A stretch of DNA of 54,966 nt from Aplysia californica. Lineage: Eukaryota. The notes beneath the pieces were generated by a model. It was not told where the DNA came from and did not search any database. It saw only the letters and a list, made by a program, of their open reading frames with translations. Both the position numbers and the translations under genes were made by a program. Positions 1 to 13,403 of the stretch are shown in pieces; the stretch's first letter is position 1; every line of letters starts with the position of its first letter. Location: contig NW_004798204.1 in assembly GCF_000002075.1 (NCBI RefSeq), positions 148,332 through 203,297 on the forward strand, read 5' to 3'.

Positions 1-670
1 AAATGCTCTTGATTGCAGGAACTTAATTTTGATTGTCTCATTCAATATTTAGCCCTTTAGTGCTCATGTACTATATCTTAGAACATTAGGGCTGCAAATT
101 TAGTTGACCTCTCTTGATTATATCAGAAAAATGTATTGGAAGCTTTTCTTTCAGGAAGATATAGATGAATAATGTTTTGTTTAGTAAGCGTACACTGATG
201 TTGTCTTTGCCTTTTGCAGAGAAGCAGTATTATAAAGAGAGTGCAAAAAATTGAGGCTAAATTTAAATAAAGAAGTGTACCGTAAAATATGGTCTTTATC
301 GCTACTGGATTACAGGGTTTCTTTTTCAATATAGAGGTTCATTCCTACTTGGGTCATTTCATCTAGGTTCATTGTCCTCTTTGTACCAATGTGCTCTCTA
401 AGGCTCTCACTTTATTCAGATTTCATAAAGCATTACATGCACATGTCAAAATCCGGGAGACGCTAAAATCTTTTCTGTCATTGTGTATGAATTTTGTTGT
501 GCATTTGTTTTAATTACAAAGAAATACATGTTTAAGAAAATATATTGTACGGGAAAATCTGTTAGTTGTGTACATGTTTCGCTATGGCATATTTTCTTTG
601 TGTATCGTAGACTGTGTTTCAGTAGCGCCTATGTTTGTAAATGGTGTGTTTCCTTTTTCTGTAATCACAG

Positions 671-1205
671 GATCTTTTCAAATCTGTTGCACGGGCCATC
701 AGCCAGCAAGTGCGCCTGACCACTAGGGGATTGCCCACCTCAGGTTAGTCTTGTACTACTGCATCTTTTATTGAGAAAAATTTCAGATCTGGGATTTTGA
801 TTTCTTTCAGTTTATCTCTGTTTTCAAATGAACTGTGTTCAGTTTTAGAAGAGGATTCCAGTTTATTCTCTTTTCGAAACTTTCTTGTTCTTTGCTTTTA
901 AGATTTATTTTACCTTGAATAGTCCTTGATATTTTGCTTTAAGTTTGTGGTTTCTAAATTATTTTTTTTCTTACAGTTCAGCAAAGCTAGAAAATATTGC
1001 TAGATCTCGATGGTTCTCAGATACAATTTATGCTGTCGGTATGTTTGAGTGTTTTGTTTTGCTTTTCGTTTTGAGTCGATTTTTTTTATTCATACCCTTT
1101 TCCTTTTTATTTCCAGGGAAGGAGGAGGCAAAACGACTGGTGAGGGAGTTTATTGATGAGCATCCGAAGGTCACTTCTGAAGCTGACCTCAAAGGCTGGC
1201 CATAG
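671..1205 (+). CDS. RECQL5: 3' coding exons of a RecQ-like helicase 5 (SRI domain): exon 671-743, terminal exon 1117-1205, optional exon 982-1038
   Basis: cacAG|exon|GTtagt and ttccAG|exon join in phase 1 to give DLFKSVARAISQQVRLTTRGLPTSGKEEAKRLVREFIDEHPKVTSEADLKGWP*. This resembles, from memory, the RECQL5 C-terminal SRI domain (LFK.FAR.LS...KEEA..L.R.F......SEAD). Confidence 0.75.
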
Positions 1206-1836
1206 TGGGCACATGTTTTTGTATTTTTACATATCTATGAGGAAAAGAAAGATAAAAGAAATGACGTATCTCCTATTCCTACGTATAGCCATAGTCTGCA
1301 TTATGAGCTCATAAAAAACAAAGTGTCTGGTCATGCTGGCTTTGGTGCTCAATTTTTCAGGGAGACATCACAGTTATGGGAATGGAAAGCTTGGTCTGAG
1401 ATCTTGCATACAGAAAAAAACTTTGATGAACTGGGTACAGGTGACACTGACAGTTTGTTGAGAATATGGTTCAATATGCATTATGCAGGAAAAGTGTTAC
1501 TGACTGTAGGGATTACAGAGAGGCATAAAAGTAAAGGAAAAGGGATAACTGTTGAGACTGGCGATCAGACAGAGAAAAATAGACAGTGTGCCATGTCACA
1601 TGTATGATCATTAGTGAAATTTACCACATCAACTTTTTGGGTGGGTTCCCCCCCTCCCCACATCAACATTTTTTGCCCCCCCTCGCCGCCGGTGTCCTTG
1701 ACCTGTGAAGGAAGGATATTTAGTCATGTGGCTGATGATTGGGATGTTTATCTTCAGCCCCAGTGGGCATCTTGCAGAACTTCTGTCCCATATGCATGCA
1801 GCTGAGAGTGTTTGAATAGTAATGATTTGTCAAATT

Positions 1837-2260
1837 GTGTCACGACGTGGTGGAATCAGGCGCTCGTCTGTTTTTTGTCATCATCTTAAAGCGTGTTCAT
1901 TTGCCTTGCTTTCAATGAAAACAATACCCATTTATTTTGGTTACAAGTTGAAATATTTGCGGTTGAAGGAGGTGGGGTCGCCTGGTTTAAGAGGTAAAAT
2001 TAGCAAGAAAATGGCCACCAAAGTTACTGTTAGGTTAGTTCCTTAGCTTGAGAGCCTGTGGACTCTGAAAATTTAAATCTTTTATGCATTTAATCAATGT
2101 TTTTCCAGTAAAATCCACTCTGAAATGTGTTTTTAATCGGTGTAAAATGTGTTGAGCCGAAAAGCAAAAATTCGATAAAAATTCCCGAACCTGCAGAAAA
2201 ATGCCAATTTCTTCACTTTCATTATTTTGAGGAGCACCTGATTTCACCACGCTGCCTTAC
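1837..2260. mobile_element. Non-autonomous TIR element (MITE), Sola-like
   Basis: Imperfect TIRs GTGTCACGACGTGGTGGAATCAGG / CCTGATTTCACCACGCTGCCTTAC; 4-bp TSD AATT at 1833-1836 and 2261-2264. The body is shared with the copies at ~3580, 44624 and 46455. Confidence 0.75.
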
Positions 2261-3482
2261 AATTATGTTTTCCTTACACAAATCTGCTGTTTAGCATGTG
2301 TTTCGTGGTCAATACTGGGATCATTAAGGTTGTGTCGTTATTATCAAGGAATTTATAGATAAGTTTTTTAAAGACTTGGTGTTGTGTTCTGTACTTTTTT
2401 TTCATTTCTTGTGACTCTTTTGGCATTACAATTATCTTCTTATTTTTAAGGCATTAAGCACAAAATGGTCTTGTCCTGGAAAGTTTGTGTCATGAGACTG
2501 GGGAACCAGCTTCTGGTTCCGTAACGTTATTTTGTAGCAGGATCAGACTTACATTTCGAATTTATGATGAGTGTGTAAAATAACTGTCATTTCGTCAAAT
2601 CAGATATGTAAGTTTGCACGTTGATTTCACTTTAAGGAGAGCATATGTTGTCTATCCCACTCATAACATAGCTGAACCGTTATGCATTGTGGATGGGTAT
2701 TGTCTCCTTCACAAAAGTATCATAGCCTTCACTCAGGTTCTTACCTATCATCATCGCTGTACCATTGAATTGTGTCCCAGTTTGGTCTGGAAGTTTAGGT
2801 CATGGCCGCTCTGGAACTTTTCTTGATATTTCTTTTTAGTCTTTTCCTTCATGCTTTCTCTCCATTTCCTGAGAAGTCTTCCCTTTTTTCGTATTGCTTA
2901 TCAGCGTTTTCTTCTTTTCTGTTGGTTTAATTTTAATGCATACATACTCTATGATTGTTCTCATGACTCATAGCATTGTTCTTATGTTTTCGCCTCTTTT
3001 AAACTTATCTGAGCCTTTCATTCCAAACTTGTTTGTCAATATTGTTATGGTATACAAAACTGCATCTGTATTCTGGTGACGGGCCAGCTTGATGAGATCC
3101 TGTTTGTCCTATTACTCTGCCTATCTTTTTAAAAATTCCAAATTTCAGTCTCCTGTTTAGTGTCGTAAATAAGGTATGTGCAGTCATGCCAAACTCATGC
3201 TTGCATAAAGGAAAAACACAAGATTCCATAACTCCTAGGTCGGCTCTGATTTTTCACTGTACATATTTTGTATAGCAAAGCAAAACTGGAACTGAAGCAT
3301 GAATGACTCAAGTATTTTGTCCTTGTTAGGATGGTGATTATAAGAAGTAAACAAGATTCTGTGGTTAAGTCTGACTTCTTTGTTTACCTTACTTGTTGAT
3401 CAGACCAGTATCTATGATGTCTGGGTTAGGAAATGCACAATAAATTGAATTTGAATCCCTCATGAGGAAGATATTGGATCAA

Positions 3483-3565
3483 GTAGTTTAAATTGTCCAA
3501 GACAGCCACCTATTGTCGAGGAGAGAAAAGTGGTTGTTTTAGACATGTGAAAGTCTTGGAGAGTG
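3483..3565. mobile_element. Fragment of Tc1/mariner-pogo-like MITE
   Basis: AATTGTCCAAGACAGCCACCTATTGTCG...AAAAGTGGTTGTTTTAGAC matches the copies at 17646 and 49468. Confidence 0.5.
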
Positions 3566-3580
3566 CCATTATATTCTATA

Positions 3581-3956
3581 TGTCATGATGCCGTAGGAGC
3601 AGGCACTTATAAATTTCCGGGCGTGTGGAGTTTTTGGTTCTATCTTAAAGCTTGTTAATTTGTTTTGCCTTTGGTGAAAAAAAAATTCCCATTGGTCTGG
3701 AATAGAAGTCGATTATATGCAATTCTCGAAGGAGGTGGGGGTCGCCTGGTTTTATTGGTAAAATAAGTGAGAAAATGGCCACAATGGTGTGGTGACTTCC
3801 TTAGCTAGAGAGTGCTTGAAAGCTGAAAATTTACATTTTTTTGCCTTTAGTTTAGTCAACGTTTGTCAGCAAAATCCCCACAGAAATGTGTTTTAAAAAG
3901 GACATAAAACATGTTCAGCCAAAAGCAAAAATTCTGTAAAAAAGTGATTTCACCAT
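3581..3956. mobile_element. Degenerate copy of the Sola-like MITE
   Basis: Shares GAAGGAGGTGGGGGTCGCCTGGTTT...GAAAATGGCCAC...CCTTAGC...CTGAAAATTTA with 1837-2260 and 46455-46887; TIRs eroded. Confidence 0.6.
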
Positions 3957-5463
3957 GACGGTGTCTGAAAATGAAAGATGGGCTGGTCAGTGGTGGTCAG
4001 GCAAGACGTGGCATTGTCTTGCCTATGTCAACCAAGATCTCATGACACCTACCCTACCAGAGCCTATTTTACCAAGCCTATACTGAGGTGGGGTAGTGAT
4101 GAAAGAATCAAAGTGTATAAATCACAGCTGTTCAAAGAGCAGTGACTCGCTTTGGATATGGATGTTTTAAAGTGCATAACTTGTATCTATCAGTTTTAAT
4201 TTCGAAAAATGAACATGTTGCTTGACCTTAGCATTATATCAGTGCAGTGCATATACATGTCAATTTCTGGCACATAGCATTGTTCCGACATGTGTAACTT
4301 GTCTGTGAATGACTGCTCTGGTTTGAGAAAATATTTTTCAGTTTTTCCTGTATTATGACAATGTGTTTTATGGGAAGTTTGCTAACTTTTTTATGCGGGA
4401 TTTGACTGTCTTCATCTTATTTACTGTATTAAGATTTCTAATTATCTTGCAGTGTGCATACCCCTATAACCTTAACTCGTGACTCAAAATTATTCACGCA
4501 TGTGCTGAAAGAAATTGAAGGGGTCAATTCTATACCACACCTACGTCACATCTGATGAGTTTTGAGGAAAATGGGAAAAACTGTTTTTCCGCGTCTATTA
4601 AATATTTTTGCATAAAACAAGTATACACACTAAATAAATGAAAATTTAAGTTTACAGTTAAGCAGTCCACTCTCACATAGGCGAATAAACCTGTCCAATG
4701 GTGGACTTAGGTATCCTATAGAATTTATTTGTTCTTACTGTAAATGCTTCATAGAATGGCTGATAAGGTAAAACGATTGATTTTTATAATAAGAAACATA
4801 ATACAGAGCTCTGAGCATTGAGGTTATTAAATCAAGTGAATGGATGCCTTAAAAATTCAATGTTTAATGTTTTAAGGGAAAATGATTGAATGCCGTTAAA
4901 TACCGTACCTAAGTCTCTTCAGTCAGAACGACAGGAACCCTAAGTCCAAGAGGCTGATGTATAAAAAAATACAGGCACGTGAAACATGTGCTACAGTCTG
5001 CAACATCTAAGGCCTACCTTCCAATATATGGTAATAGATATGAATGTTTTTTTACAGCAGTGTTAGATAGAAACACACATATGCTTACAGTATTCAAGAT
5101 AAAGAAAATTTTGGACACATACTACGAATTAAGGAAACAGAAAAAGTAACCTTTGATAACACTTTACAAACTGGACACTACTAACAAATCAATCCTTCGA
5201 CGATCCTCGAATCTAGGTAAATTACATTTTTTTTTTTTATCATCGTAGCGAAAAGATATTCATTGACACACTAACAAAACTAATCAAATCGGGTGAACTA
5301 GAAAGGTAAGGCACCGGGCAAAAAAAAAAAGAAGAAAAAAACCACATACAAACTACCAAAACTTTCACACACCACGTCTATTTATATCTCGGAAGACTGC
5401 CAGCAAAAAAACGGAAATTGTCAATGGATGTATTATCTTAGTATAGAGGTAGAGTTAACTTTT

Positions 5464-8008
5464 TCAGTCAGCGTAGTCATCGCCATCATCTTCCCCGTCA
5501 ACATTGCCCTGGCGAACAGGAACGTTTTCATAGAACGGCCTGCTCTCTCCACTTATCAAACCGTTGTTGACAAGAGCCAAAAGATCTCTCTTTTTCACAC
5601 TTTTGATTCCAATGGGTCTTGAATACTTCTCCTTCCAAGGTTCCATAGAATTGTGAGTGTATCGACACCACACCTCATCTGCATGCTCTTTCAAGTTTTC
5701 CTCGTCCATCGTCTCATTCATCTCCAAACTTGCGCCATAGGAAAACCACATGACTTCCTTGAATTTTAATTATTCACCTTCTGAGTCCTTCAGAGTGGAT
5801 TTGATGGTCTTATCAGGGAGGGTTTTGTTGTCATAAAAACTGTTATGGTCGAAAAATTCTACCTGGAATGGCTGGGACAGTCTGCTGTCCTTGACGATTC
5901 GTTCCCAATTTTCAGGACGATCGACCTTTTCAACATATTTTCATTTCTCGATGTGAGAAAAGTCTCTGTCATTGGGTAAGAATGTGTGGCCCCTGTACAA
6001 AAAACAGTGTTGAATTGATGCATAAATGCCTTCCTTGACCTGTCCCAGCAAAAAAGAAACCATGGTTTTGTTCTTGTTTTGTCCCGCACATCCATCGGAG
6101 AAAAGAATCAAGTTTTTACCCCGGAATCTTTCATGTCTCGTCTGTAATGTTTGGCGCAAGCATGAGGCAACCTCTGAAGAACCTCTCCCTGCCTCTGCTA
6201 CACTCCAAAGGTGCATCAGCCCATCGCCCGTTTTGCAGTCATGTATGCCAAAATTGTACGTCCAGAGCCTTCTAGAATAAAATATGTCTCCAGCGCTTAT
6301 GCTTGGTGCAGGCTGGTTTTGTTGGAAGTCAAAGGTGTATACTTCTAAGCTGCTGTCAGCTTGTGGTTTTTGGCAGTAAAGATTCAGCATATGGTATGCA
6401 GAATCAGCCTTTTGTTGGTGGATGTTTCTTTGATTGATCAGAGTGTTTTTTGTTGTTTCATCTGTCGTGGCCTCAATGTCTATGTGGAATTTGTCGCAAA
6501 TGGGAACTGTATCCGATCTTGGCTGACCAAAGCTGAGGTTAAACACTTTGTTGAACACCTTTAAGTAATACTTATATTTCACCGCAGGTTTCATAGACTT
6601 CTTATCAGTTATATAAAGCAGCCTTTGCTCTGGCTCATTTTGATGCAGATATAGTAGCCACGTTCTTTTCACATTAAGGCGTTCATCAAGGTACTCCCTA
6701 TGTTTATTTTCACTCCTCGAGTAATGAGACTCTCTCTTTGGGAAACTGGAAATGTGCTGTTTTATTTTGTCTTTGATTTCCAATGGAAGTGTGGGATGGT
6801 GATCATGACGGCCACGCATGTCCTTGAGGGGAGCCGTAGTTGTTGGCTTTCTTATCCTTTTCAGACGAGTCTTGCCAATGCCATGGAGGGCTATGAATGC
6901 TTGCCATGCATACTTGTAATTTTACGCCATTTGGTGTGACACTATATTCACAGGTAAAGCATTTGCTGTCTTTTCCATTTTCTCTTTCTCCATTGCGAGA
7001 CCTCTTTCTCTTTGGCGCATGCATGTCAATACATCCATGTAAATAAATTTCCTGCCATTGTTTGTTCCCAATGTCATTGAATGATTGCAGGATCTTGTCC
7101 TGATGGTCTTCACCTATCCTCTGAAAACACTTTAATCTGCACTTACAGTTCTGGCCTGTTTTCCTTGCTGGCATAGCTTTCCCAGTCTTTGTTGTATATG
7201 CTTCTCCTTTAGCTATTTTGCTTTTCCTTACATTTTTTTTCCACTGATATGGGTTTCTCTGCCTCTTTTTCGGATTTGTTTGAGCAGGACCAGTGGTGTC
7301 ATTGTCCTGGTTCGTACCGGGTCTGGGAGCAGGACCAGTGGTGTCATTGTCCTGGTTCGTACCGGGTCTGGAAGCAGGACCAGTGGTGTCATTGTCCTGG
7401 CTTGTACCAGGTCTGGGAGCAGGACCAATGGTGTCATTGTCCTGGCTCGTACCAGGTCTAGGAGCAGGACCAGTGGTGTCATTGTCCTGGCTCGTACCAG
7501 GTCTAGGAGCAGGATCAGTGGTGTCATTGTCCTGGCTCGTACCAGGTCTGGGAGCAGGACCAGTGGTGTCATTGTCCTGGCTCCTACCGGGTCTGGGAGC
7601 AGGACCAGTGGTGTCACTAGTGTCAGTGTCCTGGCTTCTGCTGGGTCTGGAGGCAGGACTCCTGGTAACAAGAGCATTCTGGTTGGTCTTCACTGAGGGA
7701 GAGCCATTTTCTGTTACAGTGAAAGAGTCATTTTCAGTTAAAAGAGATGTGTTTGTTGTTGGCACATAGTCAGGATCATCGCCATCATCATCTGACATAG
7801 AGCTGTCCGCATGTTCAGACTCTCCATTTGACAATACTGAGTTGGCACGGCTAATCAATGATGCAATGATAGTCTTCGGATCGAGCGATGAAGGGACAGA
7901 TGAGACTGCGTTGTTGTATTCTTCACAGTCGTTCTCAGTGACATCCTCATTATCCTCTTCAGCTTCCAAAAGTTTCTGTAGCAACTTCAAGGCACCCGAC
8001 GTCTCCAT
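5464..8008 (-). pseudogene. Sola-type DDD transposase, frameshifted and with stops
   Basis: ORFs 8008-6803, 6819-5941 and 5751-5464 are colinear. Motifs: CKCRLKCF, ESHYSR, DFQQ, YSRRLWTYNFGIHD, GRGSSEVASCL, LFSDGCAGQNKN, GHTFLPNDRDFSHIEK. Confidence 0.8.
7282..7660 (-). repeat. 45-bp coding tandem repeat (~7-8 copies) encoding GPAPRPGTSQDNDTT
   Basis: Unit GAGCAGGACCAGTGGTGTCATTGTCCTGGTTCGTACCGGGTCTGG recurs every 45 bp (7282, 7327, ...). Confidence 0.95.
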
Positions 8009-8749
8009 AGTTTAATCTTGAATGGTAGGATAGACATGCTTAATATGTTACATAGATCTAAGTTTGTTTTCTTGAAATAGTGCACCAAACCGTCAGGCAC
8101 AGCCGCCTGCCTCAGGATAAATGAATCCTTTCGAAAATGAGTAATATCCAAACAAAATAGTTAGTTAATTGCACTGTTAGTAAGGTAAGTATTCACATTT
8201 GACCAATCGTAGAAGAAAAAAATACTTTTATTAAGATAGTTTTCATTGTCGAAAGGATTAGTTCATCCACTGGCAGTTGGCTGCGCCTGGCGGTTTGTTG
8301 TGACCTAGTATAGATCTGTCAGATATCCATCTAGATCTAGGCTTTTTTTATCTTTCAAATTTGTTTCAGAGAAAGACATTTGTCTACAAAACATAGATCT
8401 AGAGCTAGATGTAGATGTTGATGTTCAGTAAACTAGAAATAAAATTTAGATTAGGTATTAGGGCAGTAGGCCTGGATCTAGATCTAGATCTAAATCAGTA
8501 TGCCTAGGCTTAGATCTAGATCAAAATAGTCAGGATCTGAAAATCTATCTGGGGCATAAAATTGAAACAAAAATAACACAGAATGATACCACTCTGAAGA
8601 TGTTATCTAGTTCTAGATCTCTATCATGTCTAGATCATCTGGTTTCTCATGGTTAAAGAAGCAAACAGTCATTTCAAGATAAGACCTAAGTCCACACAGG
8701 AAGAAATCAGCAGATTTGTGAAAAAAGGAGAACAATCTGGGGGTCCTAC

Positions 8750-9000
8750 CCTACTAATTGCCGCCCGGAGCCGTCCGGAAGCCGTTTGGAGCCGTCTGGA
8801 GCCGCCCACAGCCGTCTGGAAAGCAGCACTCATATGGACTCTTCCTAATTGCCGTCCGGAGCCGTCTGGAGCCGCCCAGAGCTGTCTGGAAAGCAGCACT
8901 CATATGGACTCTTACTAATTGCCATCCAGAGGCTGTCCGGAGCCGTCTGGAAAGCAGCACTCATAATGACTCATATGGACTCTTACTAATTGCTGTCTGG
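8750..9000 (+). repeat. Subterminal tandem repeats of the MULE left end (~70 bp, ~3.5 copies)
   Basis: CTAATTGCCGTCCGGAGCCGTCTGG...AAAGCAGCACTCATATGGACTCTT repeated; the unit begins with the TIR sequence. Confidence 0.85.
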
Positions 9001-9014
9001 GACCTGTAGCCGTT

Positions 9015-9292
9015 CAATAATAATTCAACCTAGATCTGGACTACGTGTTTCACAACCTTTTCCCCCGACCGGCCATAACATTCCAAAGACCACAGACTCA
9101 ACGACAATGACTACAACAATCACACAGCATCTCTTACTGGTGCTGCATCCTGTTATGTGCGAAGCACCTACAATCACAAATCCTTCGCTGTCTTTGGTTG
9201 GTAGATCTACCCCATTTACACCTGGGTGGGGTGAGAAATGGAGGTTTATGTACCTTTTCCAAGGGTACACGGAGTAGCAGTGTGTCGAAGTC
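9015..9292 (-). mobile_element. Probable SINE fragment
   Basis: The minus strand reads GTGTACCCTTGGAAAAGGTAC...CTCACCCCACCCAGGTGTAAATGGGTA, resembling a central block common in invertebrate tRNA-derived SINEs, and ends in ATTATT. Confidence 0.5.
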
Positions 9293-9623
9293 CAAATTAT
9301 AACACAAAAACAGTCAGGGAATGTTCACTTATTTTGCCATTAAAAAATGACCCAATTTGACCCCCCCCCCCCCCCCTTGTCATCACATGTCATCGATTGG
9401 CTCACCCCCCCTCCCTCCCTGTTTGATGACATAATCAAACCACTACAAAATGCAATGAATAATACATTGTTTGTGCTTTGTAAATTTTAACTTGTTTTTA
9501 TCTTGATTTCAGCATTTCACAAAATGTGTAAAAGAAAAAAAAATTATTACTGCTATCACGAGTACAAGTTAAATAAAATCAATGATTGATTGGTAAAACT
9601 CAATAATGAAAAACTGATTAAAT

Positions 9624-9867
9624 GTGATGAGACATGGCGGAATCAGGCTCTCTTCAAGTCAAATTTAGGTCCGATTTCAGTTTTAAATTTTTAGTGAACA
9701 TTCAACACTATTTTTAGTGGGAAATTAAAAATGTAGATGTATATATTTAATAACTATCTTTTGGAACTTTAATTAATTTTAACGAGACCGCCATCCAAAT
9801 TTTTGCTGTTATGTAAAGACACCTATAGATATATTGAAGAGAGCCTGATTCCGCCATGCCTCAACAC
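9624..9867. mobile_element. Short Sola-like MITE
   Basis: ~34-bp TIRs with a perfect 25-bp core CATGGCGGAATCAGGCTCTCTTCAA / TTGAAGAGAGCCTGATTCCGCCATG; GTG..CAC termini; TSD AAAT at 9620-9623 and 9868-9871. Confidence 0.85.
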
Positions 9868-10585
9868 AAATGTAACATAACTTAAGAACAGAAAATTAAA
9901 ATAGATTTTACTTGGTCCAAACTTTTTAAATTATGGAACGACTAGATAAACTTTAAAAAATAGTTGAATGCAACACCACTATGTACAGAGACTTAAGAGA
10001 TGATCTTATGTTTTAGATTTTGGTATGACTAGTGGAACTCAATAAATAAATGTCAATTTTAAACTCATAAAAACAATCCTCACACTCACACCAATAAATG
10101 TAACAAACTTTGTTTGGAATATAATACATCTTTTGTTGTGAATTAATTAGAACATAATATAATTTTAAAACATTGTTGATTTTAAATGGTAAAAAATAAC
10201 TTTAACATGCTAAACACAAGATTTAGTAAACCCATATCTCAGGTGTTTGTTTAAGAATCTTCATCACTCATAAAAACAATCCTCACACCAATGAATGTAA
10301 CAAACTTTGGAATCTACATCAACATTGTTAATTTTAGATAGTAAAATATAACTTTAACATCTAAAGCATTATAAGCATGAAAACATATAAGTATGTTGAT
10401 GGCGAAAATGACAGTAATGTTGCTGATGATGATGACATAATTTGATAATGGTGATGATGATAATGATGATGATTTAGGAATTATGTTGCTGCTAATGACA
10501 AAGTAATCGAATGATGATGTGATGATGATTCATTGATTTGTGTGAGTGTGTGTGTGTCACATTTTTGTATCAAAGTTAAAATTCT

Positions 10586-12480
10586 TTAATTCTGTCTCTC
10601 TTCGTTAATCTTTGACATTTTCAGAGTGGTTGTTTTTGCAACTTTTGGGCGTGCACGCTGGCATGACTTCTTGGCGAGCTTTGGTGCTTTAGGGATTGTA
10701 CGTTTGCCATCAGTAGAGGTGACAAAATCTGCCCACTTCCTCTTCCTGCTTGTCATGAAGTTTTCATAGGCTTTGTCCTTTTCAGTTTTTGTTTTTGACA
10801 CCAGCTAGTGTGGGAAATCTGAAAATGTTGACACTGTGGGACCAGCTGAAAATTTCCTTGTCCATGCAGCGCTCGTCTTACATCGGCAAACTGGAGATTC
10901 ACTATGCGCTGAATTTTGTCAATCATATCTGCAAGCTTGTGGGGAGTCCAATTGAATTCCAGTTTGAGTATGTTGTTTATGGCCTCGCAGCAGTTATTCT
11001 TCCAGTTCAGTGGGATACTACCCACCGTCCAGCGTGGTTCCACAATGTGCTTTTCTATGGCTGGCAAAAGCTTCTCACGCAAGTATGTAGAGAAGAATGG
11101 CACTTCTTCCTCAACTTTTGAAATGATGTCATTGGACCTTTGTTCAAAATCAAATGAAGTGTCAGCACTTGAGACTCCATCTGGTCCAAAGATATCATTC
11201 AGTATGGCGATTTGCAGGGTTTTTTTGGTGCCAACTTTGTCCTGCAGCCGATGTCGTGCATTTTCCATGAGATGGCGAGAACATAAAAGCTGGGTTGAAT
11301 TTGGAAAGCACTGTTTCAAGGCCTTTAACATCACCTTTTCTTTTCTTCGTCAGATCCGACCACGACGTCCAAGATACCACACTCTATGCCAGACAGACTT
11401 GTGCTGTCTAGCTGGCATTGCAAGTGTGAGAAGAAAGCATGATAGCTTTCATAAAGTCCGTCCCAATGTAAAAAGACAGGGCCTAACATAATAGGTGGCT
11501 CTTGTGAGACCTTTCGTAGCAATCTATTGTTCTTGTACACAATGCAGGTGACATGGCATTCCTCAAGGTTGAAAGTGCGATCTACTCCCATCACTGAAGG
11601 CTCAGCTGCATCGACGGAGCAGTATCTCATGATGTCTGTTAACTGATCCTTAACATAGAGAATGAAGCCCGGGGGTTTTCCTTTTTGTATGATGACGTTC
11701 TGTACAAACGGATGGTCATTGCATTGAGCTGAGACAGAATGGCCTGAATTTCATCAGTTGAGTTTTGGCGGGGATGTCTTTTGTCTCCACTGTGGTGCTT
11801 TGTGGCCTGTTTGAAGTTTTGAACTTGTTTGAGATCACGGGGACAGTCAAATGATGAGTCTAGAACCATGTTTGTCACTGTGTATGTGACTCTTGGTTGC
11901 TGAGAAGCCACAGCTGATTTTATTTCATCAACCACCTCTTGTTGTGGGCGGATGTATTGACCAGTAGAGGCTTTGGCATTACCATGATGTGAATGCTCAT
12001 TGGGGTAAATTCCAATGTATTCCACTCTGTTCTCTCCATGTTTGTCATTTCTTGGTGCTTTTTCAATCCAGGTGATTCTTTTTCTGTAATTGTTGTCACG
12101 CTTCAATGTTGCGTAGTACTTTTTGATTACATATATTTGCTCTGGTTCTGGCTGCGTATTCAAAATGGAGTTTGGATTTTTTCAATTTCGATAATATGCA
12201 CCTTGATATTTTTCGATGAATCTAGGCTGTTCCTCAGAGTCTACGACAAACTCGACTTTTTTGGTGGAACCTTTACCACTGTCCCAAACAACACAATCAT
12301 CAGTGAAATCACTCTGCTTTCCTCTCAAACGTTTTTCTCTATTCCTTGTATTCTGAACTATAAAAAAAAACAACTGATCCTCCTTCTTCCCTGTTGGAAT
12401 TTTCTGAAGTGCAGGTTTTTCAGATGTAAGGACGGCATATATGCCTCTATAATGTCCATAAAGTGGTTGTAGAGATTATC
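10586..12480 (-). pseudogene. MULE transposase, broken by frameshifts
   Basis: Colinear ORFs with VMGVDRTFNL (first D), PIMLGPVFLH, VVGSDEEK (second D), LLCSRH (CxxH) and NNCCEAINNILK (E). Confidence 0.85.
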
Positions 12481-12502
12481 TTTGTCACCTTGTTTCTGTA
12501 GT

Positions 12503-13403
12503 TCACCTATTATACTTTGCTGTTTTCATTCTGGTCTTTATTGTGACGGTCACTGTTGGCTTTATTATCAGTATTTGTGTTGTGAATGGTGGATACGTCA
12601 GGTTCGATGAAAGACAAGTCAGATAAAAGATAATCTCATCATCTTCATTCCCAGTCTCTGTGTACTCTAAGTTAGGGGTGGATTGCCGGATATGGGAAAT
12701 ATAAACGTCAGATTCGATGAAAGACGAGTCAGATAAGCAGATGATCTCTGGCTGATCACTGTTGTCAACTAGCAAAGGCACAAAATGGTTCGGAAACCAG
12801 GAACTGTTTGAGTCTACATGTCCTACCTTTGTCCACATGACAAAACATTTTTCGTTAATCTCTGTGGTTGATCTGAGGGGGTGAACTGTTGTTGTTAAGA
12901 TCCGGAATACCTCATCAATCAGACCATTCAGGGGTGGGTACACAAAACCAATGGGATGTTGTATAACGGTTGATAAGGCAGCAATGGTAAATGCTGACGA
13001 GTAGCCTCTTTTGTATCCCTCGGTGATGCTTTCAGTCCTGGAACAAACATCTTTGAAACGAGGGTATGTCTGTTCATATTCTTTGCCATGCAGAATGAGT
13101 TCGATTATTGTTCGGGTGCGTAGTTCCGTCGAGTGAGCTTCATTTCCATATAAAGCCACGGAGACTGCATTGAATAAACAGCTCCCATCACCACTCACTT
13201 GTATAGGTTTTCTTCCATTGTCTTTCCCATTAACGGATTTTAATTTGCTGTATGCATCAGAATCCACCAACAAATCGGAATGAGGATACTTGATACATTG
13301 AGTGGGGGTGTCCAAGCTGTAATGGCGATGTAGAATTTGTTCTATTTTAGCCCCAGAGCGCTGACGTTGTTTATCACCTGTCATCAGTCGCTGCAGACTG
13401 GAT
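12503..13403 (-). pseudogene. Vertnin-like OTU-fold domain exon of the MULE gene
   Basis: GDGSCLFNAVSVALYG..ELRTRTIIEL (OTU Cys box) and W..PNHFVPL (His box); ttgcAG acceptor at 13409-13404. Confidence 0.75.

Noticed and set aside
4552-4580. CTGATGAG...GAAA hammerhead-like motif
   Set aside because: GAAA does not directly follow the possible stem II, and there are no closing stems.
7282-9000. Regular repeats as a CRISPR array
   Set aside because: Contiguous tandem units without unique spacers, eukaryotic context and no cas genes.
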